Part shown: positions 29,383 to 38,863 of the stretch, piece by piece
How the letters are laid out: the number at the start of each line of letters is the position of its first letter
Position numbering within the stretch: the first letter of the stretch is position 1
Assembly: GCA_965222225.1 (NCBI GenBank)
Contig: CBDCTK010000002.1
Location: forward strand, 32,001-96,000
Source of the DNA: Candidatus Poribacteria bacterium
Lineage (GTDB): Bacteria; Poribacteria; WGA-4E; JAJDTR01
DNA: 64,000 bases
Reading direction: 5' to 3'
The notes under the pieces: generated by a model
Told to the model about the DNA's origin: nothing
The model's database searches: none
The model's input: the letters and a program-made list of their open reading frames with translations, nothing else
Made by a program: the position numbers and the translations under genes

Positions 29383-29806
29383 TCGAGTTGTGGTCGATGC
29401 TCAACAATAGGGTTTTTCGGATCGGGGTAATACTACGCGCAATTGACAGCACATCATTCGGGCTTTGTAATTCGATGTGATTGAGACCTTCAAGCACTTT
29501 TTCTATTAGCTTAGATATTGCCATGGAAGCGTGTAATGACGTGCCTTGGGTGTGTCTTTCGCACTCTGCTTGAAAGTGCTTGAGAGTGCTTTCATAGATT
29601 GGCTTCCATTTTTTTGCGAATTTACCGTGGAACGGATTGCAGGTTCGTGTGGCGTCTTGGATTATCCGCCGAGGCACATCTTTCCATTCGGGATGCGCCT
29701 TGATAAGAGCGTCGACAATAGCGGTTGTGGTGGCATTCTGCCAGACCCGTTGATAGATGGTATCGGCGCGCTCTTCGTCTGTGAGTTTGACTTGAACGTG
29801 TTTCAT
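29258..29806 (-). CDS. Hypothetical protein, candidate terminase small subunit
   Basis: GAAGGAG RBS, about 180 aa, helical, directly upstream of and overlapping terL; assignment is positional only. Confidence 0.5.
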   Translation of the reverse strand: MKHVQVKLTDEERADTIYQRVWQNATTTAIVDALIKAHPEWKDVPRRIIQDATRTCNPFHGKFAKKWKPIYESTLKHFQAECERHTQGTSLHASMAISKLIEKVLEGLNHIELQSPNDVLSIARSITPIRKTLLLSIDHNSNDEDNTEQGHDSKNAALRALESLEHCTREDEEQSTRRSRHD

Positions 29807-29979
29807 AATGAGAACTCCTTCGATCAGCGGTTAATGGACAGTGACAAGCAATAACGGAAGAGTCCTGACCGGCAAATTAAAACTGGATCGCTTTTGGACT
29901 CCAGTCGGCTTTACACGCGGTTGCTTGACCCACCACTGATTACGTTACACAATTCAGTTGTTCAGCGAAAAGATGGAAT

Positions 29980-30038
29980 AAAAAAAGCCCACTGGCGGCT
30001 ATCTGTTGATTGACATCAAAGAAAGCCACCAATGGGCT
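29980..30038 (-). terminator. Terminator-like hairpin in the leader of the terminase pair
   Basis: AGCCCATTGGTGGCT...AGCCGCCAGTGGGC followed by T7 on minus strand. Confidence 0.7.
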
Positions 30039-30156
30039 GATTATAGATATGAAATTTAATTCAGCGCGGTTCGCCGCAGTTTGTGTACGGTGGAACGCGC
30101 GCGTATGACTATCAAATCGTAGAAGCGGATCAATACCGCGGGGTACAAGTATGGGG

Positions 30157-30185
30157 ATTGTACCATGTTGGGGCGGATTTTTCAA
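30157..30185 (-). promoter_or_regulatory. sigma70 promoter facing the terminase pair
   Basis: TTGAAA, 17 nt, TACAAT with extended TG. Confidence 0.6.
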
Positions 30186-30209
30186 TCGTTGAAAATACGT
30201 CTGAACATT

Positions 30210-30390
30210 GGGGAAGGGGAAAAACAGTGGTCAGTGACCAGTGGCTAGTGGTCAGTAGGAAGGGAGGAAGGGGAGAAAACGCGAAGACGGGAAGATTGGA
30301 AGGGAGGAAGAAGGGAGGGAGGATGGAAGAGTGGAAGGAGTGGGAGGGGAGGGGACAGGAAGGGGGTGTATGGGGTGGTTGGGTGAGAGG
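30210..30390 (+). repeat. Purine-rich low-complexity tract with G4-forming potential
   Basis: GGAAG reiterations and six G3-5 runs at 30342-30383. Confidence 0.65.
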
Positions 30391-30675
30391 ATTGTCTGGA
30401 TCGCTGTCTGAATCGCAGATTACACGGATTAAAGGATTTCGCGGATTGGGAGGGAGGGCGTACGGTAAGAGAGAAATCGGCGATCCCTCCCTACAACTGC
30501 TGAATCGCGACCGGGAGGTTGATCCTACAGAGGTCGGTTGTCCGACTACGATGAAGCAATCGAGGAACGGCAAGCTCTATCGGGATTGGATACCGCACCC
30601 AATTTCTCACATGGCACTCCTCTGGAGTGCGGAGATGGGACACATCTCTTATCTACAGATATACCACAGGATTTA

Positions 30676-30702
30676 CTATCGCGCTCCGTCCGGTCGCTTG
30701 AT
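30676..30702 (-). repeat. Hairpin motif copy 6 (2-nt deletion)
   Basis: CTATCGCGCTCCGTCCGGTCGCTTGAT then TCCCGCCTAC. Confidence 0.8.
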
Positions 30703-30789
30703 TCCCGCCTACGGGTTTGGTGCCGCACGACTTTCCCAACTGTTGTACGTATGTACAAGTTCGAGCTAGGTAAAGGCAATAAGATTGGC

Positions 30790-30817
30790 TTGACAAGACG
30801 ATGTCTTATGCTATACT
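30790..30817 (+). promoter_or_regulatory. sigma70 promoter of methyltransferase operon
   Basis: TTGACA, 16 nt, extended TG, TATACT. Confidence 0.65.
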
Positions 30818-30998
30818 TATGAGACTTGGATAAACGTGCGAAAACTAGTGGAAGTGGTGGCCAAGACGCTCAGGCGTACCTTGCCACAGGATATGAAATT
30901 CCGTATCTTGATGTAGCGACTAGGAGGACATACCACATATTGGGTAAGCCTTATTGTGGAACACTAGTTGCTTCGATAGGTATCAATCTCTCTCGACT

Positions 30999-32120
30999 AT
31001 GAAACAGCGAGACGGCTTCACAATCCTTGCGGATACAATGGACAAAAAAGCCGCAGTAGAAGGAAAACCTATTGGTAGCGGCGACTGCACGTCAGCATCC
31101 TCGGACGATGCGCTGACCGCCGGCTGCTTATTCAGTGGCATGGGAGGGTTCGCTACAGGACTAGTTCGAGCGGGGTTTACCATTCGTTGGGCATCTGACC
31201 ACGATCAGTTTGCATGCGCCACGTTTCGACACCGATTGCCGAACGTGTCAGTTATCGAAAAAGATGTACAAGAACTTTCAGTGGCCACGGACAGTCTGAC
31301 TACCGTTGATGTAGTAGTCGCAGGTTTCCCTTGTCAGAGCTTCTCAATGGCAGGAAACCGCCTGGGCTTCAAAGATCCGCGGGGTCGCTTGTTTTTCGAA
31401 ATCCCGCGACTGTTGACAGAATTCGAGCTAAACGATCACCCTCGATTGGTGATTTTAGAAAATGTACCGCATTTGCTGCACGGGGCGGAAAAGTCTTGGT
31501 TTGATGAGGTTCGACGCGCATTGCGAAGAGCGGGTTACTGGTTCAGAGAGGAATCGTGCTGGACGGTGAATGTCAAAGATGCAACCGAGCTGCCACAGGA
31601 CCGCGAGCGATTGTTCATGGTCGCGGCCTCGCGCCAGCATTTTCGATACAATCCATTTAAGCCGCCAAATGTCTCAAGCAGTAAGGCAGCGACACGGCGC
31701 CACATCGACGACTCTATCGACCGGCAACGGCCGGGCGCTGATGAGGCATATTTGCCTAAAGACAACCGCTATTATAAGATGATTGACAATGCGATGGCGA
31801 CTGGCGAATCGGATAAGAATATCTATCAATTGCGACGTTCATATGTACGGGAAAAGAAGGAGGGATTGTGTCCTACGTTGACCGCGAACATGGGTATCGG
31901 CGGCCATAATGTACCGTTTATTCGGGATGGTTGGGGTATACGTCGCTTGAGCGTAAAGGAAGTTGCGACGTTCCAGGGGTTCAACGGGGAGGAGCCACTA
32001 TTCCCTAACATACCAATACAGGAGCAATACCGGCTTATGGGTAATGCAGTGTGCGTACAATTAGCACAATTAGTCGCGCACGAATGCGCCAAGATTTTGA
32101 AAGGGGAGAAAACAGAATGA
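30999..32120 (+). CDS. dcm: DNA (cytosine-5)-methyltransferase (start may be ATG 31038)
   Basis: Motifs I LFSGMGG, IV GFPCQ, VI ENV, VIII QDRER, X GNAV. Confidence 0.93.
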   Translation: MKQRDGFTILADTMDKKAAVEGKPIGSGDCTSASSDDALTAGCLFSGMGGFATGLVRAGFTIRWASDHDQFACATFRHRLPNVSVIEKDVQELSVATDSLTTVDVVVAGFPCQSFSMAGNRLGFKDPRGRLFFEIPRLLTEFELNDHPRLVILENVPHLLHGAEKSWFDEVRRALRRAGYWFREESCWTVNVKDATELPQDRERLFMVAASRQHFRYNPFKPPNVSSSKAATRRHIDDSIDRQRPGADEAYLPKDNRYYKMIDNAMATGESDKNIYQLRRSYVREKKEGLCPTLTANMGIGGHNVPFIRDGWGIRRLSVKEVATFQGFNGEEPLFPNIPIQEQYRLMGNAVCVQLAQLVAHECAKILKGEKTE

Positions 32121-34068
32121 GTTCAAAAATCGGCTGGGAGTTTCCGCCGACAAACGGCGGGCAGGAAGACGGGTATAACCACTCCGGCATTACACATTTC
32201 GACGGAGCGCCTTTATCAAGCCTTGCCCGCGAAACTATTCAGAATTCGCTTGATGCGCCAGGGCCGCGAGGCGGATCGGTTCATGTTTCTTTTGAGTTGG
32301 TTGAATTGGCTACGGAAAGCCTTGGGGGAGAGGAATTATTGACGGCCGTTGCGGCATGTGACCGGGAAGAATTTGACAGCACGAAAACGGAAGAGGCGCT
32401 ACAAACGGCTCGGGAAACACTTAAGCAAGATAGCGTAAGTTGCCTGCGGATATCCGATCAGAATACAACTGGACTTGAAGGAGACAGATGGCGAACACTG
32501 GTGAAGATGCAGGGGGCGAGCCATAAACCAGACACGGAAGGGGCAGGCGGGTCGCATGGGATTGGGAATACGCACCATTCGCGGTATCAAAGCTGCGTAC
32601 GGTGTTTTATTGGACTTGCTACCAGGACAACGGAAGCCAGAGAGAGCGATTTCAAGGGAAATCAGTGCTCATGTCACATCAAGGTAAGCACGGTAAAACT
32701 CAAGGCACCGGATTTTATGGAATCAAGGATCAGTGTCTCGAGTTGAATGATTCTGAGATTCCTCGTGAATTTCGAGTGCTTGGTACCAATGATGTATCAC
32801 CTATATCCGGAACGAGTCTATCAATCGCAGGGTTCACGGCAATCGATAATTGGCGCAGACGGATTGCGTCAAGCGTGATTGAGAACTTCTTTTATGCTGT
32901 TCACCAGGGCAAACTGACGGTCATAGTTGAGCCAGACGAAGATCAAAGTCAGCATGATTTACTCGAAATTGACAAGGAATCGATAAAGAAATGGTTCGAT
33001 TTCTTGGAAGAGAGTCCGGTTTGTATGGACGAGTCGGTAGAAGATGTCCGCCGTGAATTGAGAGAAGCACGTACGTTTTGGGAGCTTTCACAAGAGGCGC
33101 CGACAACGGAAACCCAAGACAAAGACCTTGGGCACTGCCAATTGTGGATACGCGTTGGCGAGAATCTACCAAGTAAAGTGGCGTTAATTCGGCGTACTGG
33201 GATGCTAATTACAAAACAACAAGATGGCTTAATACGATTCCGTGGCTACCAAGATTTCGTCGCTCTGTGCGTGTGCGAAGACCCAGAGGGCAACGAATTG
33301 CTCCGCAATATGGAAAACCCCCGACATGACAAGTTTGAGCCGGAGCGACTACCGGAAAACGAGAGAAACAAAGGACGGAGGGCTTTAAAGCGTATCACCA
33401 AATGGATACGTGAGGAAATTCGGAAAGTGGCAGGCCCACCTGCTGGCGGCCAGTCGACGGCGCTTGAAGAACTGGCAAAATTTCTACCGGATTTACAACC
33501 CGATGATGGGTTTGACGATTCTAACAGCGACAGAGAGAGTCGTGGAGAACCAGGTTTTGGCCAGCGGGTGAAAGTCGCACTCAAACAGGTGCCTCAGTCA
33601 GCGCCGAAGGGTTTGATGACGGAAGAGGATTCGGAGGATGACGGCAGCGACGGAGACGACACCGGCAATGCAGGTGGGAGCGGTGTGGGCGGAAACAGCG
33701 GCGAGGGCGGAAGTGGCGGTAAGGGCGACGGCGACGGTGAAGGCGGCACAGGAGGTCGTGGCGGAGCCAGAGTTTTGTCAACACCAATTCCGGTGTCGAG
33801 CGTCCGAGTGTTGCCGATCGACGGTCAGAAGAACCGTTACCGGCTCTGTTTCAGGGCGGACGGCGACGGCGATGCGCGACTTGAGTTGCATGAAGCTGGA
33901 GATTCATCTAGCGTTTCGCGACCGGACATTCGAACGGTTAATGACCACGAATCGCTTGAGCGGGTTCATCTGCAGAAAGGTAAGCGCAAAGAGGTGATCA
34001 TTACGGCCGAAATGCCAATCGGAGACAGGGCGTTACGGCTTCGGGCTATACGAGCCAAAGGAGATTAA
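32117..34068 (+). pseudogene. GHKL-type ATPase-like protein (about 650 aa), frameshifted at 32567-32568
   Basis: ATGA overlap with dcm; LARETIQNSLDA, ISDQNTTGL, GGSHGIG; restoring one A gives GIGKYAPFAVSKLRTVFY in frame with ORF 32602-34068. Confidence 0.75.
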
Positions 34069-34071
34069 CAA

Positions 34072-34938
34072 ATGATTTTTGACGCTGGCAAAGCTTGGCC
34101 ACATCCGGTGCTGCGTCCTCCTATTTATGGCGACGACTATCCGCGAGCCGAATTTGAAGTCGATATCGAAGTCAAGTGCGTGAAAGGGAGCACCGAGGTC
34201 GACATCTATGTGCATTTCGAACTCAGTGATCCGGATCTTCGAGCGTTAGTGGAAGACGGTGTGGCACAGTATGTGCTGCTGATAAAGTCGTCCACAACCC
34301 ACTTTCGCAGGTGTTTCCAGTCAGCTGACCCGCGGTTAATGCATTCCTTTCCTGCCGGCGACTTGAGTGGTAAGGTGGAATTCGCTTCTTATCTAATCTG
34401 TAGCCGTGACATTCACAATTTTAATGCGACGGGTTGGCATTCTGATTTTGACGGTAAGACGTTCAGCATTGCAACTGGATCCGTGCTTGCGGAGGACAAG
34501 CCTAAGCATTACTGGCTGTACACGTCGCCAGAAGCGCCAATCGGCTCGATTTTTGAACTTAGCCCTCGTTCCAAACATCCCGACCGCTACTGGGAGTATA
34601 ATCTTGAACATGAGCGTGTCTTGATTGTAATGTCGACCCATGATGCGGAACTGCTAACATCGGCCCGATCCCAGTTGTCCGATCGAGGCGAGGGCTACTA
34701 TCTATTGAATGGGCTTTATTTTCCCGCTTTGCTGGCTGTGTTGACTGAGGCGGATCGCTACGCGGGAAACTTCGAAGACTATCGATGGTTTGCATCGCTC
34801 AATCAACGCTTGGAGGAAGTCGGTTGTGATTCCCTTGGGTCTGAAAACGCCAATCGTGTGGTTGATGCCCAAAAGATACTAGACTTTCCCTTCACAAAGA
34901 TGCCTCTAATTGCAAAAGAGGAGAACAGTAACGAATGA
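34072..34938 (+). CDS. Hypothetical protein in dcm operon
   Basis: AAAGGAG RBS, tightly coupled, N-terminal WPHPVL. Confidence 0.75.
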   Translation: MIFDAGKAWPHPVLRPPIYGDDYPRAEFEVDIEVKCVKGSTEVDIYVHFELSDPDLRALVEDGVAQYVLLIKSSTTHFRRCFQSADPRLMHSFPAGDLSGKVEFASYLICSRDIHNFNATGWHSDFDGKTFSIATGSVLAEDKPKHYWLYTSPEAPIGSIFELSPRSKHPDRYWEYNLEHERVLIVMSTHDAELLTSARSQLSDRGEGYYLLNGLYFPALLAVLTEADRYAGNFEDYRWFASLNQRLEEVGCDSLGSENANRVVDAQKILDFPFTKMPLIAKEENSNE

Positions 34939-35684
34939 CGCAAGTGCGTTACTATACGACAGCCACACTAGAAGAGTTGCGGAATAACGTCGATGATAAT
35001 TTGGATTGGTATTATACACCAGAAGGGTCACCGCCTCAAGCTACTACGTGGAATGACATAAGGCAGTCAAACATCACGGGAACCACGCTGAACGGAAAGT
35101 TAGAGATCGATTCGCAACGGTCGCCTAAGACGGACATTGCGAATGCGATTACGGTTTTCGAAGCATTGTCAGACTTAACGCCACATCAGGCATCCTTTGA
35201 GCGGTTGTGGGCATATCTTTGCCACTGCGATTGTCCTAAGTATGTCGCGCGTCGCTGGCTGAAAACTCGCCCAGATGACCGTAAAGAGGCTGTTCGAAAA
35301 GTTTTCAATCATTTTTTTGCGAAAGGAAACAGAGCACTGATACGAGACAACGGAGTCTCCAGGCTCTGGTGGCTGGGAAAAATCGCGCACGATATAGACC
35401 CGGAAGAACCGTCAAGGTTCTTATCCATCCTCTTGCACAGACAGGATGTGAGGTCTGCATTGATAGAACGTCCGTCAATATCAATGAACCGAAGAGTACT
35501 TCGGGCCATTTACGAAGTTATGATGACGCAATGGCTTAATGGTGGTGCGTTGTTTGAACGCAAAACCTTCCGACGCTGGATGGTAGCGTTGAATCGACGT
35601 GGGGGAGTTGTGTTATTGGACGCGCTTCCGGACGATGCTCTCGCGGGACTGTTACGCGAAGAGGCAGAACAGGCGCTCAAGTGA
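34935..35684 (+). CDS. Hypothetical protein (possibly DUF6339-like)
   Basis: ATGA coupling; ERLWAYLCH, RW and RDNGVSRLWW motifs; family label from recall only. Confidence 0.65.
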   Translation: MTQVRYYTTATLEELRNNVDDNLDWYYTPEGSPPQATTWNDIRQSNITGTTLNGKLEIDSQRSPKTDIANAITVFEALSDLTPHQASFERLWAYLCHCDCPKYVARRWLKTRPDDRKEAVRKVFNHFFAKGNRALIRDNGVSRLWWLGKIAHDIDPEEPSRFLSILLHRQDVRSALIERPSISMNRRVLRAIYEVMMTQWLNGGALFERKTFRRWMVALNRRGGVVLLDALPDDALAGLLREEAEQALK

Positions 35685-35691
35685 GAGACGT

Positions 35692-36126
35692 ATGGACAAC
35701 CTTTCGTCCGCTGACCGCTCATGGTGCATGTCTCGTATTCGATCGAAGGGCATGAAGCCGGAACTAGCCGTTCGTTCAATGGTACACCGCTTAGGGTATC
35801 GGTTCCGGCTGCACCGCCAGGACTTGCCGGGCAGGCCAGACATAGTACTGCCCCGCCACAAGGCGGTTATCTTTGTAAATGGCTGTTTCTGGCATTGGCA
35901 TCCCGACCCTGAATGTCCGATTGCTGGCTTGCCGAAGTCAAACATTCAGTATTGGAAGCCAAAGCTAGCACGCACTCGGATCAGAGATCAAGAACACATA
36001 GCCTGCCTTAAGAACGAAGGTTGGCGCGTTTTAACGGTATGGGAATGTCAACTTCAGAATTCTGTCGATGTCCTTCATCAAATCCACGTGTTTCTTGAGA
36101 CTGCTAACAACGTAGCCGCAGATTAA
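35692..36126 (+). CDS. vsr: Very short patch repair endonuclease
   Basis: MSRIRSKGMKPE, DLPGRPDIV, FVNGCFWHWH, WRVLTVWEC. Confidence 0.93.
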   Translation: MDNLSSADRSWCMSRIRSKGMKPELAVRSMVHRLGYRFRLHRQDLPGRPDIVLPRHKAVIFVNGCFWHWHPDPECPIAGLPKSNIQYWKPKLARTRIRDQEHIACLKNEGWRVLTVWECQLQNSVDVLHQIHVFLETANNVAAD

Positions 36127-36218
36127 TCGTAGTTTGACTCAAAAGAAAGCGTCTTCAGCCAATCAACTAACATACTTGATCGAAGACATTTGACCCCTCT
36201 TGGAAAAGGAAATCGTAG

Positions 36219-37121
36219 TTGATGCAAGATGGAATGGCATTCGCTGATTTTCTAACAAACATCCCGCCCAACCAATGCGAACTTGTCGAAGATATAAGCA
36301 TTCATCAGAGTAATGCACCTCCTGTAAGGTCATACTACCTTCGTGCTCCCGAACTCGAACTTTACTGCCAAACATGCAAAGGCGGTAGAACATTTCGGTG
36401 CGCGACTCGTATCCCAGTATCCAATTCAATAATTGCTGGGGCAAATAAAATCCAATCTGAGGTTGACACACCTAGAGAGACTGCGTACCTCCATATTCAC
36501 TATCAGTGTTCAAATTGCCAAAAATCAGAGAAAATCTATTCTTTGGCAATAAAAATTTCCATGTTTGAACCGCCCAATTATACTGCTCATTGTTGCAAAC
36601 TTGGTGAAATCCCCTCTTTCGGGCCCCACATACCGGTAACCCTCACTGGACTAATGTCTTCCGACGAATTACTTCTCTTTGAAAAAGGAGCGAAATCCGA
36701 AAGTGCCGGCTATGGCATAGGCGCGTATACATACTACAGAAGAATAGTGGAAAGCCAAGTCGACACATTATTGAGCAAAACCGTCGAAGTATTGCATGTC
36801 AATCGCCCGCCTGATTTTGAAGTACAAATTGACATACTACGGAAGGCCATTGGCCAGAAAATGGTTGGGGCTAAGCTGAATACAGCAAAGGATAGCAGGC
36901 CACAATTCCTTTTCTATAATGGCAAGGACCTATTATCCGTGCTGAATGAAAGACTCGGCCTAGCGATTCATAATTACAGCGATGAAGAATGCCTAAGCCT
37001 TGCACGGCACATTAGAAGGGTGTTGGTCGAAATTTGTGAAAGAATATCCGAGTTTTCGAAACAGAGCGCAGAGTTAGACGAATCTGTTTCCGCATTAAAT
37101 CCACCAAAGAACATAAGCTAG
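36219..37121 (+). CDS. Hypothetical protein with two CxxC motifs and possible HEPN-like C-terminus
   Basis: CQTC, CSNC; YYRRIVE; RLGLAIHNYSDEEC (Rx5H). Confidence 0.65.
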   Translation: MMQDGMAFADFLTNIPPNQCELVEDISIHQSNAPPVRSYYLRAPELELYCQTCKGGRTFRCATRIPVSNSIIAGANKIQSEVDTPRETAYLHIHYQCSNCQKSEKIYSLAIKISMFEPPNYTAHCCKLGEIPSFGPHIPVTLTGLMSSDELLLFEKGAKSESAGYGIGAYTYYRRIVESQVDTLLSKTVEVLHVNRPPDFEVQIDILRKAIGQKMVGAKLNTAKDSRPQFLFYNGKDLLSVLNERLGLAIHNYSDEECLSLARHIRRVLVEICERISEFSKQSAELDESVSALNPPKNIS

Positions 37122-37279
37122 TATCACTCACAGCGCACTTCACATTCTATAAGGAAACTGCAGATAGTTTTGCGATATCGCTGCCCTAACCTACTCGCAG
37201 CAATCATCACCAAAGTTTGGCTCAATCAAGTACAGAATTTTCCGTGGGCTGACTATCGCAGTACTTGTCGAAACCGTTC

Positions 37280-37889
37280 ATCGCTCGTTACTCAGACGCT
37301 TGAACGCTATCAACTCGTTTGATTCCAAACATCATGGACTTTGCACATTGCACTCCGCTGGAGTGCAAGTCGAGACTATGGGTTGGCTATCGACATAGCA
37401 CTGCTCTGCAGTGCAAAGGCGTGGCTATCGATTGGCTAAAGACATTATAGATTTCTATGGGATTTCTATCGCGCTCCTTATTCAGTCGCTTGATCGCATT
37501 CTACAAATATGGTGCATGAATGCCATCTTGATTTGATAAGCGCAGCACGCGATTGCCTAGAGAAAACGCTCTTTGCAATGGACACTCATCGCATTGTATG
37601 ATAGCATAGGCTGAAGTGGAAGATTGGCCATAACCAAAGCGGCAGACCTACAAAAGATGGGGCACGCTAAGCAGACACCCATAGGGATCAAGTTAAGCGT
37701 TTTAGGGTGCATGTCACGTGGTTTCAATGTCGTAAACTGCTAATTTCCATGTAAACTTGGACGAGGAAATACCAATCCATTGATTGATGGGTGAGCCACA
37801 GAAGATGATTTGTGGCGCTCGTTTCCGTAAGGGCGTGGCCCGGTGCGGTTGGAGGGATCTCTATCGCCCTCGTTGTCCACTCGGTTGAT
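37280..37889 (-). repeat. Hairpin motif copies 7 (degenerate, 37280-37323), 8 (37466-37494) and 9 (37861-37889)
   Basis: CTATCGCGCTCCTTATTCAGTCGCTTGAT; CTATCGCCCTCGTTGTCCACTCGGTTGAT. Confidence 0.85.
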
Positions 37890-38007
37890 CGCACCTACCG
37901 TCTGGAGCACGACGGGAAAACCCCACCAAATGCTAGACAAACTCTCTTAAATTGATCCTCATGGGTCACGCTAAGCAGACACCAAACAGAATAGGCGAAA
38001 CGATCAC

Positions 38008-38802
38008 ATGAACACAGCCATTGAGATTAGCGAAGAACACAAACAACAATATAAGGACGAAGGCTACTTTATTCTTGAAAACGCCATCCCGGAGCAATTG
38101 CTTGACCTGCTTCGAAGTGAGTGTCAGCATTTCATTGACCTCCTGGATACTCGAATGGATGAGAATGGTACCGATGTAATGGGTCTAAATCATCGAAATA
38201 AGCGTTATTTTGCTTCCAACTGCTATCTGCAACAACCTAAATTGCGAAAATTTCTTTTCAGCGAAATGATAGCCGACATTTGCCGTGCTACGCTCGGCGA
38301 CAACGCCTATCTGTTTTGGGAGCAGTACGTGGTCAAGGGGGCATCTGAAGGCATGAAGTTTAGTTGGCATCAAGATTCGGGATATGTTGGTTATCCCGAC
38401 CACAAACCGTATCTTACATGTTGGTGTGCGCTTGATGACATGTCAGAGGAAAACGGCACCGTCTACGTCATGCCGTTTTCACACATCGGTATCCGATCGT
38501 GGGTCAAGCATATCCGCGAGGAGGGAAGCAACGACCTTGTAGGCTACTTCGGCGAGAAAAAGGGGGTTCCGGTGGTCGCTCCAGCCGGGAGCATCGCCGC
38601 TTTTACAAGCGTCAATTTCCATTCCAGCAGCGCAAATCGAACGCCGCAACTTCGCCGCGCATTTATAGCGCAATATTCCAGCGAGCCGCTTCTCTCACAG
38701 GATGGAACGAGATTGTGGGGCGGTGCCGAGCCTCTTTTGATTGACGGTAAAGGTGCGGTTGGAATGCCACCTCCGGATATGCCAAGCCGATTTGACGAGT
38801 AG
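38008..38802 (+). CDS. Phytanoyl-CoA dioxygenase (PhyH) family Fe/2OG oxygenase
   Basis: WHQD, LTCWCALDD..ENG, FHSSSANRT..RR. Confidence 0.9.
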   Translation: MNTAIEISEEHKQQYKDEGYFILENAIPEQLLDLLRSECQHFIDLLDTRMDENGTDVMGLNHRNKRYFASNCYLQQPKLRKFLFSEMIADICRATLGDNAYLFWEQYVVKGASEGMKFSWHQDSGYVGYPDHKPYLTCWCALDDMSEENGTVYVMPFSHIGIRSWVKHIREEGSNDLVGYFGEKKGVPVVAPAGSIAAFTSVNFHSSSANRTPQLRRAFIAQYSSEPLLSQDGTRLWGGAEPLLIDGKGAVGMPPPDMPSRFDE

Positions 38803-38863
38803 ATAGAAATATCGACCAAACCCACGAGATGCTGCGGGATGGTGAACAGAATTGGGTGAGGAT

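Noticed and set aside
30083-30769. 228-aa and 147-aa ORFs
   Set aside because: They run through low-complexity purine tracts and REP-like repeats.
27583-37121. Intact prophage
   Set aside because: No integrase, portal, capsid, tail or lysis genes.
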